Notes under the pieces: model-generated
Seen by the model: the letters and a program-made list of their open reading frames with translations, nothing else
Database searches by the model: none
Told to the model about the DNA's origin: nothing
Virus record (IMG/VR): IMGVR_UViG_3300047557_002530
Source of the DNA: a virus
Taxonomy: Duplodnaviria > Caudoviricetes
DNA length: 64,000 bases
Direction: 5' to 3' (one strand)
Shown here: piece after piece, positions 19,272-29,018 of the stretch
Position numbering within the stretch: position 1 is the first letter of the stretch
How the letters are laid out: each line of letters opens with the position of its first letter
Program-made: the position numbers and the translations under genes

Positions 19272-20563
19272 CCAAAAAACACATTGTCGCTGGATTGATT
19301 GGTCTTGCAGTCATTCTTGGTTGGAATGTCTTTCTAATCCAGCGTGATGAAAACCTTTATAGGGCATACTATCATTCTAAAGAACTAGATAGCAACAAAA
19401 AACATTCTACAGCAGAAATTCGATGAGTATTGCGGTTGCCTTAGCAATCTACACATCTTTGATTGCATTTGTATCTTCTATTATGGTATATTACTATAAG
19501 ATGATGTATCCAAGGGAAGAGGCAAAACTTATGGAAAAATCCAAATGACTTTTATTCTTGGTATGGGGATTGGTATCCTTTTAACTATAGGCACTGCACT
19601 TATAGTTGCATCTGATGTTGACAACGACGACAACTAATCTTAAACTTGAGAGGTAATTTACACACAACGATGAAGTATCTTTATTTGGTTGACTACTGGG
19701 TTCCTTTTCCTTCTTCTGAGTATGGTGGGATAATCAATGTTATCGCTGAAAATGATGTTGAATGTCACGATATTCTGCGAGATTCGAATGACTACGACAC
19801 TAGGTATCACCCAAAAATTATGGAGCGAGTAGTTGCTGCTCCTCGCTTTGCACTTGTGGGTGAAGAAGAATCCCGTATTGTTGAATCTTTTACGACCTGA
19901 TGACTCACCACGTTACCCATACCAATAAAATGGTATTTGATCTGAAGATGCAGTATCAAGAACGCATAGAACAACTGCAGAATAAAATTGCAGATCAAGA
20001 ACATGAAATCTCACAACTGCAAAAGCAAATAGAGTATATGTCAAGAGATAAATTTTACGATTGCTGATTTATGACATACAAACCACAAGTCAATGATTAT
20101 GTTGAATGGACAAAAGATGTTGAGGGTTGGATTTATTTCAGGGATGACGAATACGTAACAATTGAATATATTGTACGTCCCAAAGATACAGAAAACTATC
20201 ATGCTTGTCCTATTCATGCAAATGAAAGATTGCTTGTGGTTTGCTATAAAGAAGATTGGAAACAGTTGAAGTATGTTAAATCAAGAAAATCAAGATATGA
20301 AGAAGAACAAGACTGCTTGGAGGTGGTGGGCGAAGGCGCTTGGAGAGAAAGCAAGTAAATGTGATAAGGAATCGGATAAGGTAGCACTTATCCGAACTTT
20401 TATTTTTGCAACTTACTTGATTACTAATGCTTTTATTGTTGCTGGGGTAATTCGTCATTGGAATGATGAAACTAGGATTGAAGTATATGTTGAAACTTCT
20501 ACTGTTCCAGAGTATCAAACACCTTCTATGAAAGTATCAAATAGATCCTTTGAGTTTGAGTAA
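19268..20563 (+). other. run of small ORFs (including 19268-19426, 19670-19900, 19900-20067, 20071-20358, 20297-20563)
   Basis: Coupled short ORFs. Confidence 0.65.
19618..19646 (+). promoter_or_regulatory. sigma70-type promoter
   Basis: TTGACA-N17-TAAACT upstream of ORF 19670. Confidence 0.7.
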
Positions 20564-20569
20564 TAATAA

Positions 20570-20595
20570 AAAGGAGGGATAAAACCCTCCTTTAA
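20570..20595. terminator. bidirectional intrinsic terminator
   Basis: AAAAGGAGGG-ATAAAA-CCCTCCTTT between convergent genes. Confidence 0.75.
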
Positions 20596-20597
20596 CT

Positions 20598-20798
20598 TTA
20601 TTTGGAACTTACAAAATTATTAATTATTTCTGCCTGTTCTAGAACCTTTTCTAGAGATGGAAAGTCTGGATATTCCAATTCAAGGTTATCAACCTTATTA
20701 TTCCATTCTCGTGCAGTGTCATATTTTACGCAAAACTCATCATTAAGCATATTATATGCTTGTTTGAAGATTTCAAAGCGAAGTTCATAAGGTGTCAT
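20598..20798 (-). CDS. hypothetical protein; the only convincing minus-strand gene
   Basis: AGGAG Shine-Dalgarno, own TTGACT-N16-TATAAT promoter (20873-20846) and a terminator. Confidence 0.8.
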   Translation of the reverse strand: MTPYELRFEIFKQAYNMLNDEFCVKYDTAREWNNKVDNLELEYPDFPSLEKVLEQAEIINNFVSSK

Positions 20799-20879
20799 AG
20801 GTATTCTCCTAAGGTGTGTGATGTGTGAGTGTAATACTCAAGATGATTATAGAATAAATATTCAAAAAGTCAAGGGATA

Positions 20880-21248
20880 ATGAAAACTTTTACGCAATTT
20901 TCTGAAGATGTAAATAGACTGGAGCAGAGAAGACAACAACTGCGTCAAAGACAACAAGAACAAATTGCAAAGCAAAAGAAAAGAGTTGCTGCATATCAAG
21001 CAGCACAAAGACAAAAAATAGTAGCACAGAGAGAAAGAGAACAATTAAAGAGAGAACTTAAAAGGGAATTGCAAACAGAGCAAAGTCCTGCGATGAAACC
21101 AAATCTTTATAGTCAGTTGGTTGCAAGACGCCAAGCATCTCAAAAATCAGCACTTATTAAACACGCTCATCAAGAAATGGGTGCTGAGGCAAGAACACAA
21201 GAAGCAGCACATCAAGCAAGACTTAAAAAACTCACTGGGACACCTTAG
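20880..21248 (+). CDS. Gln/Arg-rich coiled-coil protein with a capsid-targeting-like N-terminus
   Basis: ATAAATA 20854-20860; MKTFTQFSED; stop inside E8. Confidence 0.6.
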   Translation: MKTFTQFSEDVNRLEQRRQQLRQRQQEQIAKQKKRVAAYQAAQRQKIVAQREREQLKRELKRELQTEQSPAMKPNLYSQLVARRQASQKSALIKHAHQEMGAEARTQEAAHQARLKKLTGTP

Positions 21249-21294
21249 GAACTGGCACACACAACCCCACAAGCGCCCGGATCTGGTGTATAGT
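21238..21294 (+). promoter_or_regulatory. promoter element E8
   Basis: GGACAC-CTTAGGAA-CTGGCA; TATAGT at +51. Confidence 0.7.
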
Positions 21295-21319
21295 ACTTAA
21301 GTTCGATTGGGAAAGGTCA

Positions 21320-21457
21320 ATGGGCGATTTTGATGATTTTCAGATTGAAGAGATTTCTGGTTTTGATTTTGCAGAAGCATCTTTTGATGGTTTATTTGAT
21401 GAGGATGATGAAGACCAATCATACAACTCTTTTTTGAAGTCCAATTACGATTATTGA
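21320..21457 (+). CDS. very acidic 45-aa peptide
   Basis: First ORF after E8; about one third Asp/Glu. Confidence 0.6.
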   Translation: MGDFDDFQIEEISGFDFAEASFDGLFDEDDEDQSYNSFLKSNYDY

Positions 21458-21462
21458 AACTA

Positions 21463-21654
21463 ATGACTGATACTGTAAATGTTCTCCCGCACCTCCAAGA
21501 ACTTCAGCGAACTTGGAGGCGACAAGATTTTAGTTTGACTAAACAACAACAAGAAGAGTATGATATGCTTCTTCAAGCAAGGAGAGAAAGAGTAAAATAC
21601 TTTTATACTAATGGTCTAGTCTCAAAGGGTCGCGTTAAGACGGACACTCCCTGA
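21463..21654 (+). CDS. hypothetical protein
   Basis: Stop inside E9. Confidence 0.7.
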   Translation: MTDTVNVLPHLQELQRTWRRQDFSLTKQQQEEYDMLLQARRERVKYFYTNGLVSKGRVKTDTP

Positions 21655-21699
21655 ACTGGCACAAGAGGGGTTGCGGGGTGCCCTAAACCCTGCTATATT
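21642..21699 (+). promoter_or_regulatory. promoter element E9
   Basis: GGACAC-TCCCTGAA-CTGGCA; TATATT at +52. Confidence 0.75.
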
Positions 21700-21728
21700 A
21701 CATATGTTCCTGAGAAACGAACCACTCA

Positions 21729-21914
21729 ATGCTTGTTGACAACAACAACAGTCTTCAAAAGAACTACAACTTTGATGCTCTCCAAGACATTTGTAGCACT
21801 CGCGTCGAAAATGCAAACTTCTTTCTTGGGATCTACGAAACTCTTGGTGATTGCACGGTAGAGAGTGCATACTACCGCGAAGAGATTGCAAAGTATAAAC
21901 TTTATGACGTGTGA
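21729..21914 (+). CDS. hypothetical protein
   Basis: Single-gene unit between E9 and E10. Confidence 0.7.
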   Translation: MLVDNNNSLQKNYNFDALQDICSTRVENANFFLGIYETLGDCTVESAYYREEIAKYKLYDV

Positions 21915-21969
21915 CAGTCTTTGAACTGGTACATGATCGCTTGACCTGCTACCAGTTTCCTGGTACAAT
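21912..21969 (+). promoter_or_regulatory. promoter element E10, also with a -35 (TTGACC)
   Basis: TGACAG-TCTTTGAA-CTGGTA; TTGACC-N17-TACAAT. Confidence 0.75.
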
Positions 21970-21995
21970 ACATTCATACAAAACAAACCCACTCT

Positions 21996-22763
21996 ATGAA
22001 GTACGTCGTTGATCTTTACGTTGGTGGTAAAGTCTTCAAGGAAGAAGTACAAGCAACTAATCCACAAGATGCACGTCAAACTGCTTTAGCAAGAAATCCT
22101 AAAGCAAAAGTAGTTGGTGTTAATGTATCTTTCAAATGAACTACCTTTGTTTTGTTGATGGTCTGCTTGAATATATGAGCACCAGTGCCTCAAACTTCGC
22201 ACACTATCAGTTGATGTATGCTGAAGAGCACCGTGATGCTAATGTTCAGTATCTTACTCTGACTGATGAAGAGTATGATAAAATGTTCCCTTATGAAGAG
22301 GATGAATGATCACTGATTTCGCAACTTCAAATCTTTCTAAGATCCGTCCCAAACTTCGTACTCAAGGTGTTGTATCTGGAAATTTCGGAAAAGCAAAGGT
22401 AAAATCAGGATCACCTCTTAAAGAACTTGGTGTTACTAATGCTAAAGTAGTTAAATGCACCAAACAAGATGAGTATCTCACTCGTCTTTATAAAGCATTT
22501 GATGTCACTGAAGATCCTAAACTGAAGAAGTTTATTTACACCGAAATCCGCAAAATCCACGTTCAACGAGGTGAATGGTGACTAAAGTTGTTTATGCTTA
22601 TGCTGAGATTGAAAAAGCATACAAGATTCTCAAAGAGATGGTGACTCGTGAAAATAAACTTCACGAGATGGATATGACTATTATGTCTCAGCATCTTGAT
22701 GATATTCAGTATGAGATTCTTCCTGCATTAGAAGAGATCGTTTATTATGATCCTTCCCCCTGA
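21996..22763 (+). other. small ORFs 21996-22139, 22136-22309, 22306-22581, 22575-22763
   Basis: Coupled ORFs after E10. Confidence 0.7.
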
Positions 22764-22783
22764 TTATATAACTAATACTATTG

Positions 22784-22840
22784 TGCCACTTCTTCTGGTG
22801 GCACAATAACCTTTACGGAGCGCGGTCAGCGTGCTATGAT
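22784..22840 (+). promoter_or_regulatory. promoter element E11
   Basis: TGCCAC-TTCTTCTG-GTGGCA perfect arms; TATGAT at +51. Confidence 0.85.
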
Positions 22841-23053
22841 ACATTCATCAAGTCAAGGAGGTTTCAATGGTTATTAAAAATCAGATTCTCATAGACACTT
22901 ATGGAGAGTTTGCTTTGAATTATCTTGGAATTGATCTTGAGGATTATATTGAACTCATTAGCGATTATGATGTCGAAGATGAGGAATTTGATTACTCCTT
23001 GAGTATTTGATAGATAGACCGCCGCAGTTCGGTCTCTAAATATAAACTGTTCT

Positions 23054-23124
23054 GGGGAATTAGTTAAACGGTATAACGGGTGCTTTGCAAGCACTTATTA
23101 GGAGTTCGATTCTCCTATTCTCCA
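23054..23124 (+). tRNA. tRNA-Ala (TGC)
   Basis: Full cloverleaf, anticodon TGC, G3:U70 alanine identity pair; CCA not encoded. Confidence 0.92.
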
Positions 23125-23165
23125 TTGGGAATTATATTCCCAAATTGCCCTCTTTCATCTTTACT

Positions 23166-23639
23166 ATGTCTGCTAAACTGATTGAGTTTGCTACTGAAAT
23201 CCTTGACAGCAACTTTGCTGGTTCTCAACTGATTGTTAATCTGATTAAAGCAGAAACTGGTGAAGAAATCCTTGAAGCACTGGATAACTATGATTCCACT
23301 GTGCTTGAGAACTATACTCACCCCGTAGAAGATGCTGTTTCTGTTTGAGTTTCAGTTCTAATTTAAATCAACTAATTTATTTTTATTATGGCACGTCGTT
23401 GCAACTCTGCTTCCCGACAAATGGTTGAAAATCTTCAAGATCAACTTGTTGAGTATTTTCAAGAAAATGTCCTTGATGATTGTGATTACGAAGATTTGAC
23501 TGGTTCTGACCTTCTTGAGGCACTAGTTGGTACTTTCCGAGAACTGGAAAGTGAAATTCAAAAGAAACTGAATCCTCTTCAGTTTGTACTCAAAAAACTG
23601 GATTCGAAAGATACTGACTCCCAATATCTTGATGTTTGA
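23166..23639 (+). other. small acidic ORFs 23166-23348 and 23388-23639
   Basis: ORFs between the two tRNAs, followed by a hairpin and T-run at 23646-23666. Confidence 0.65.
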
Positions 23640-23669
23640 GTAATTGGGGGGCATTGCTCCCTTTTTCAT

Positions 23670-23741
23670 GGGCACATAGTTAAGCGGATATAACCTTCGC
23701 CTTCTAAGCGAATGTCCCTGGTTCGATTCCAGGTGTGCCTG
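23670..23741 (+). tRNA. tRNA-Arg (TCT)
   Basis: GGGCACA/TGTGCCT acceptor stem, TTCGC/GCGAA anticodon stem, TTCGATT T-loop. Confidence 0.92.
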
Positions 23742-23762
23742 CTACACATTATTCTTCCAAAA

Positions 23763-24014
23763 ATGACTATTCATCACATCGAAAGCATTTTCCAAGACGA
23801 ATTTGGTATTGTAAATGTAAATGCAATAGTTGAAGATATGGTTGTGGTTATTCCACAGTCCTATAATTATCCAGCAGAATATGGATCTGCATTGTGCGAG
23901 GCATCATTTGAATTAGATGAAGATGAAACTCTTACAGATAATGAAGAGGATCTAATTCAATATCTTGAATCTCTTAATTTGGATTGGACCATCATAGATA
24001 CTAGCGATTACTGA
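23763..24014 (+). CDS. acidic hypothetical protein
   Basis: Start moved to MTIHH; the track start lies inside the tRNA. Confidence 0.7.
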   Translation: MTIHHIESIFQDEFGIVNVNAIVEDMVVVIPQSYNYPAEYGSALCEASFELDEDETLTDNEEDLIQYLESLNLDWTIIDTSDY

Positions 24015-24120
24015 GTAAACTAATGAAAGATCTAACGCTAGATGAAATGCTTGAAATTGCTGCTGAAAGAGAAGCAGCAAATGAAGCACTACTAAAACAA
24101 CAGCAAGAGGATGACTCTGG

Positions 24121-24177
24121 GGACACTTCTTCTAGTGTCCATATAGACCCCCACAGCGACCTCTGATGCACTATCAT
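24121..24177 (+). promoter_or_regulatory. promoter element E12
   Basis: GGACAC-TTCTTCTA-GTGTCC perfect arms; TATCAT at +51; lies inside ORF 24023-24166. Confidence 0.8.
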
Positions 24178-24324
24178 AGTCCTATGAAACATCAAAGAAA
24201 TGACTACTCCAAATTGGCAACACAACTCAGGAAAAGATAAAACTACAAAAGGAACTTGCAAGGGGAAACTCAAAGCAAGAAAGCAAGCATTGCAAGCACT
24301 CAAACTCAAACTGAACATTAAGTA

Positions 24325-24714
24325 ATGAAAGAACAAGTTCTTGATTTGATTCAACAATACTGCGATGTTCTTCGCACCAATTTCCAAACTTATTCAATTA
24401 AACAGCACCAAGACAAAATTGAAATCGGTGAAAATGTAGAGTATCACCGAGAGCAGATTGATAAATTGTCTGAAGGTGAAGGTCTATACAGATACTACTT
24501 TGAAAAAGGAAGAAAGTACGCACGAATTATAATGCAAGTGCCTGGCGGTCAGAGAAGTGCTCATGCATTTGTAGATATGAATACTGCTGATGTGTATAAA
24601 GCAGCATCTTGGAAAGGTCCCGCAAAAGGTATTCGCTACAATCTCCTTGATGATAAGTCAAAGGAAGAAATGTATAAACGTGCAGATTGGGCAGGCGGAC
24701 ATCTATACGCCTGA
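24325..24714 (+). CDS. conserved phage hypothetical protein
   Basis: GRKYARI...AHAFVD...VYKAASWKGPAKGIRYNL motif. Confidence 0.8.
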   Translation: MKEQVLDLIQQYCDVLRTNFQTYSIKQHQDKIEIGENVEYHREQIDKLSEGEGLYRYYFEKGRKYARIIMQVPGGQRSAHAFVDMNTADVYKAASWKGPAKGIRYNLLDDKSKEEMYKRADWAGGHLYA

Positions 24715-24771
24715 GGACACTTGTTCTACTGGCACTGTAAAGTCCCGTAGACCCCCCTGATGCCCTACAAT
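24715..24771 (+). promoter_or_regulatory. promoter element E13
   Basis: GGACAC-TTGTTCTA-CTGGCA; TACAAT at +51. Confidence 0.8.
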
Positions 24772-24797
24772 ACAGGGACACAAGCAAAGGAGACCTG

Positions 24798-25361
24798 ATG
24801 ATTGTTTCTGAAGTGTTCCATTACACTACTTCCCGTTGGGATTGGCATGATGGTAATGTGAATCAGATGTGGATTCAAGAGATTGAAGAATCTCCTGATT
24901 GCTACCGTTATGTTGCTATTGCTTACAATCCTCGCAAGAATGCAGGTATAGTAATGTCTGAACCTCGTTGCTATGCTGATACTCTTGAGTGGGTTCGCAA
25001 GTGGTGCAACTCTTTCTGTATTCTTCCTGAGTTCTCTGTTGCTGTTTGATTGATTATGACTATTAACTTCACCCGTCTGTCTGCTGGAATCTACGAAGTT
25101 CAGAAGAACTCTAACACAGTTGGTTTCATCCGTAAAGCAAATGCTGCTAAATGGATTGTTGCTGATGTTGTAGACACTCCTCAACATGTCTCTAAGACTC
25201 TCAAGGAAGCAAAGGATGCTTGTATCAATCTAATCATCTTTGATGATGTAGTTGACAAGATCTCTGAGAGTAAGTATAATACCTTTGTTGAGGTTGATAA
25301 GGATGATCTAGGTACTTCTAAGGTATTCAAAGAACCTACTCTAGATCCTATCTTGTTCTGA
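24798..25361 (+). other. ORFs 24798-25049 and 25056-25361
   Basis: Two ORFs between E13 and E14. Confidence 0.7.
25252..25280 (+). promoter_or_regulatory. perfect sigma70 consensus promoter inside ORF 25056-25361
   Basis: TTGACA-N17-TATAAT. Confidence 0.7.
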
Positions 25362-25362
25362 G

Positions 25363-25419
25363 TGCCACTTGTGGAACCGTCCAGCATCTCACCCAAACCC
25401 ACGGGAGGGGTGTTATACT
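25363..25419 (+). promoter_or_regulatory. promoter element E14
   Basis: TGCCAC-TTGTGGAA-CCGTCC; TATACT at +51. Confidence 0.7.
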
Positions 25420-25439
25420 GTATGAATACAAATTGATTG

Positions 25440-26675
25440 ATGATGCAACTCTATCCTTACCAACAACGCACTCTTGATGCTATCAAAAAAGCAATCAAGG
25501 GAACTTGTTATCTTCCTACTGGTGCAGGGAAGACTGTCGTAATGATGGAAGATGTACGTCGGAGGATTCTTGAAGCAACAGAACCTCTGACCTTTGTTGT
25601 TGTTTGTCCTCGTATTCTGCTTGCAAACCAACTCTGTTCTGAGTTTGAAGAATACCTCAAAGAGCAGAATGTTTCTTATATGCATTGTCATAGTGGAGAA
25701 ACTCATCATCAATCCTCTACACGTCCAGCAGTCATTGCAGAATACAATGATGTTGCAATCGGAAGTGGAAAGCATCACATTATCTTCACCACATACAATT
25801 CAATTCATCGGGTGAATGATGCAGATATTAACATTGATGTTGTGTTCTTTGATGAAGCACACCACTGTGTAAAACCTTCTAACTTTGTGGGTGTCGCTCA
25901 TACTTCATCAGTTGCAGATAATGCTTATTTCTTCACTGCAACTCCTAAGTTCAATAACAGTAAGGAGTCGATGAATAATACTGATGTGTATGGTAGTAAT
26001 ATCATCAGTATTCCCGCACAAGAACTCATTGATGCAGGTAGTATCATTCCTCCTCGGGTTGTTCCTTATGAAGCACAAACCATTCGCACTAAAGAAAATG
26101 CACCTTTTGTAGATGCAGAGAACATTGTAGGTATTCTGTCAGAGATTTCTGATTGTGATGCACCTAAAGTTCTTGTTGCTGCACCTAGCACCAAAGTAAT
26201 TTGGGCGATGTTTACTGAAAGTGATTTGCTACAACAACTCAATGATATGGGTTATACAATTATGCATATCACATCTAAACATGGTGCATATATTGATAAG
26301 AAGAAAGTATCCCGTGAGGTATTCTTTGACACTCTAAATGAGTTTGGTGCTGATCCAGACAAGAAGTTCATTGTGTTTCATTATTCTATTATGAGCGAGG
26401 GTATTAGTATTCATGGTCTGACCCATTGCATTATGCTTCGCAATCTCCCTCTGATTGAAATGGCACAGACTGTTGGACGTATTATTCGTGTTCATAAGGA
26501 TGATCGACAAGCAATCGCATCAGGTAAAGTAAAACCAGGTGAGTTTGCTTTCTATAAGAAACCCTTTGGTACTATTACTATTCCTGTAAACAACAACTAT
26601 GGAGATAGGATTGCAAAACAACTGCAAAATGTGATTGATACAATCTTTGTAAAGGGAGAGGTACTTGCTGCATAA
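25440..26675 (+). CDS. superfamily II (DEAD/DEAH, ResIII-like) helicase
   Basis: Motif I PTGAGKT, II DEAH, III TAT, VI QTVGRIIR. Confidence 0.9.
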   Translation: MMQLYPYQQRTLDAIKKAIKGTCYLPTGAGKTVVMMEDVRRRILEATEPLTFVVVCPRILLANQLCSEFEEYLKEQNVSYMHCHSGETHHQSSTRPAVIAEYNDVAIGSGKHHIIFTTYNSIHRVNDADINIDVVFFDEAHHCVKPSNFVGVAHTSSVADNAYFFTATPKFNNSKESMNNTDVYGSNIISIPAQELIDAGSIIPPRVVPYEAQTIRTKENAPFVDAENIVGILSEISDCDAPKVLVAAPSTKVIWAMFTESDLLQQLNDMGYTIMHITSKHGAYIDKKKVSREVFFDTLNEFGADPDKKFIVFHYSIMSEGISIHGLTHCIMLRNLPLIEMAQTVGRIIRVHKDDRQAIASGKVKPGEFAFYKKPFGTITIPVNNNYGDRIAKQLQNVIDTIFVKGEVLAA

Positions 26676-26701
26676 ATCAATATACTCTCTAATAGAATGT
26701 A

Positions 26702-26866
26702 ATGCCCTTCACAAAGAAGTTTCCAAAGTCAGGTGAAACAAAACACATCAGAGTTCCAGTTGTTTATGCTGATCTAGTATTAGAACTTATGGATCTATTT
26801 GAAACTAAATTTGAACCAGAGAAGGGCAAACATCTACTCAAAAAATACATAAGTAATCTCAGTTGA
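26702..26866 (+). CDS. small protein, possibly ribbon-helix-helix-like
   Basis: TKHIRVP strand followed by helices; fold is a guess. Confidence 0.45.
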   Translation: MPFTKKFPKSGETKHIRVPVVYADLVLELMDLFETKFEPEKGKHLLKKYISNLS

Positions 26867-26880
26867 GATTCAGTTGAGAC

Positions 26881-26939
26881 TGTGCCACTTGTACTGGTGG
26901 CACACTAAAAGAGCACAGACCCCAATCTGTGGTATTGTA
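26881..26939 (+). repeat. promoter element E15; 59 bp identical to E16
   Basis: TGTGCCACTTGTACTGGTGGCACACTAAAAGAGCACAGACCCCAATCTGTGGTATTGTA. Confidence 0.9.
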
Positions 26940-26964
26940 GTTCTATGGTTGAGGAAGACCTCCA

Positions 26965-28041
26965 ATGACTTACGTCCCGCACATTCCGCACAACATTCCT
27001 TACCTGCGAGTACCTGAGAATCGAGTGAAACTTGTTTCTGATTGGTATACCAGGAAACAAGATCATCCAATGAACTTTCCTGCTTATGCCTATTGGATTC
27101 AACAATGTGAAACTGATGGGAGTGATTACTGAACGATGAACGACACCAACACTAACACAATGCTCGATAAAGTTCTTATGGTTGAAGAATTGCTGAACGA
27201 AAAGCAACTCACCGCACTGCGGGACATGCTTTATCTGTATAAGGATCTTCAGAATGAGGTTCATAACTATCCTGCTGAGGATACTCTCTTCACTAAAACT
27301 CAATTCGAAATCTTCGACATCTTCGACATCAAATGACTTTCATTCAAGAACTCATTGCATCTGGTTATGTATTCGATGATGAGGATTATGATGGTTGTTA
27401 TGTAAAACAAGATTCGGAGGGTTTCATTCACTGTTATCAGGAAAATGTGGATGATGAGACTGACACTCTCTGGAATTATGTTAAGATGACAGAGGATTTT
27501 GATGTTATCATTGAAACCACTGTTGCTCCTAATGTTGATGGTGGTTGTTTTCCTAATTCTGCACAATGACACAGATCTCTTTTACTTCTGGTGAGTTGTT
27601 GGATATTATTTCCACACTCGAAGATAAAGTAGAAAACCTAGAAGAATCCGCAAACTTTGCACTTGCAAGTTACTATTACAACATCATAGATCAATTTGAT
27701 AGGATTACGGAGAAACTAGAAGAGTTTCAACCCGAAAATAAAGTTGCCAATCTTGTTCTTGCTGCGAATTGATGACTATGGAAAAGCACAATCTTATTAT
27801 TCTTTCCACTGCACACCTGCATCCTTTGGAGGCAGCAAAGATTGATGAGTTTGCTTACGTTGGAAACAAAGAGTGTGCTCTTGTTTCTACTGCACCAGAA
27901 ATGAGAGATTTCTATTATCAGGGTGGATTGGTTTGCTTGTGCGACCTTCTAAAAGAAGTGCAAGAAAAGCATAATGCAGATTATGTACTTTTTGACCCTG
28001 ATGCAAATACTACTGATGGGTTCAAGTATTATAATTGGTGA
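26965..28041 (+). other. small ORFs 26965-27132, 27136-27336, 27333-27569, 27566-27772, 27772-28041 (the last possibly DUF5983-like)
   Basis: Coupled ORFs between E15 and E16; STAH...FDPDA in the last. Confidence 0.65.
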
Positions 28042-28100
28042 TGTGCCACTTGTACTGGTGGCACACTAAAAGAGCACAGACCCCAATCTGTGGTATTGTA
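28042..28100 (+). repeat. promoter element E16
   Basis: Identical to 26881-26939. Confidence 0.9.
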
Positions 28101-28153
28101 TATGGGTGGTGAGGGATGGACCCAATCCACTCTGTTCTCTATTCTTTACAACA

Positions 28154-28483
28154 ATGGAACTGACTAATTCTTTCCCTCCTGTTGATGCAATGGCAAAGAA
28201 AATCAAAGAGTTTGATTATGTGAAGTTTGGAGATAATGTAGTTAAGTATTCAATCACTGCTTATGCTATTGCAGTTGCTGTAAGTTCTTATCTTTGGACT
28301 GCATTTCAACTGTGGTGGGATGAGAATGGTGAAGCAACGCAAGTTAATCTCATTCGCATTGCTGTGAATGTAATTGATTTCATCGCTGCGATTGTGATTG
28401 CTACTCCCAAAGTTTATCGTTGGGTGAAACTGAATAGCAATCGCCTGGTTGATTCTCTGTTCTTCCAATACACCTTTGCTTGA
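28154..28483 (+). CDS. membrane protein
   Basis: Two hydrophobic segments; single-gene unit between E16 and E17. Confidence 0.7.
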   Translation: MELTNSFPPVDAMAKKIKEFDYVKFGDNVVKYSITAYAIAVAVSSYLWTAFQLWWDENGEATQVNLIRIAVNVIDFIAAIVIATPKVYRWVKLNSNRLVDSLFFQYTFA

Positions 28484-28493
28484 TTATAGGATG

Positions 28494-28551
28494 TGCCACT
28501 TCTTCTAGTGGCACGATACACTCCCCAAACCCCCGCTGGGGGCGCTACAAT
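28494..28551 (+). promoter_or_regulatory. promoter element E17
   Basis: TGCCAC-TTCTTCTA-GTGGCA; TACAAT at +52. Confidence 0.85.
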
Positions 28552-28578
28552 TACAAAGTAATCAAGGTTAAACACCAA

Positions 28579-28974
28579 ATGACTGCAACTCAAGTGGAAC
28601 TCAAGACTGAAACTCAAGATTTCATTGCTGAACTTGTTGAGAACTCCTACGCTGAAGAAGACATTTATGACTTCATCGAAGAGCAAGGTGAAGATAATTT
28701 TGTAAGTTACTACGAAGATTATTGTGAGTTTGGCGAATCGCATTCTTATGATGCTGTAGATGCTTTTGTTGCTGAATTTGGTATTCAGAGCATTGCTGGT
28801 TTTGAAGATGCTTATCGCGGTGAGTATTCTTCTAAAGGTGATTATGCAGAGCAGTTTGTCAACGATTGCTACAGCATTGATATGCCTGGTTTCCTTGAGA
28901 TTGATTGGGAAGCAACTTTCGACAATATGGATTGTGTATATGTTGATGGATTTGTGTTCGACACACAATTCTGA
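28579..28974 (+). CDS. ArdA-like antirestriction (DNA-mimic) protein
   Basis: Very acidic; FEDAYRGEYSS..DYAEQ...IDWEA...DGFVF resembles the ArdA C-terminal domains. Confidence 0.65.
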   Translation: MTATQVELKTETQDFIAELVENSYAEEDIYDFIEEQGEDNFVSYYEDYCEFGESHSYDAVDAFVAEFGIQSIAGFEDAYRGEYSSKGDYAEQFVNDCYSIDMPGFLEIDWEATFDNMDCVYVDGFVFDTQF

Positions 28975-29018
28975 TACATTAGTTTCTCAACTCCAATTCA
29001 CTTCAATCTAATCACTCA

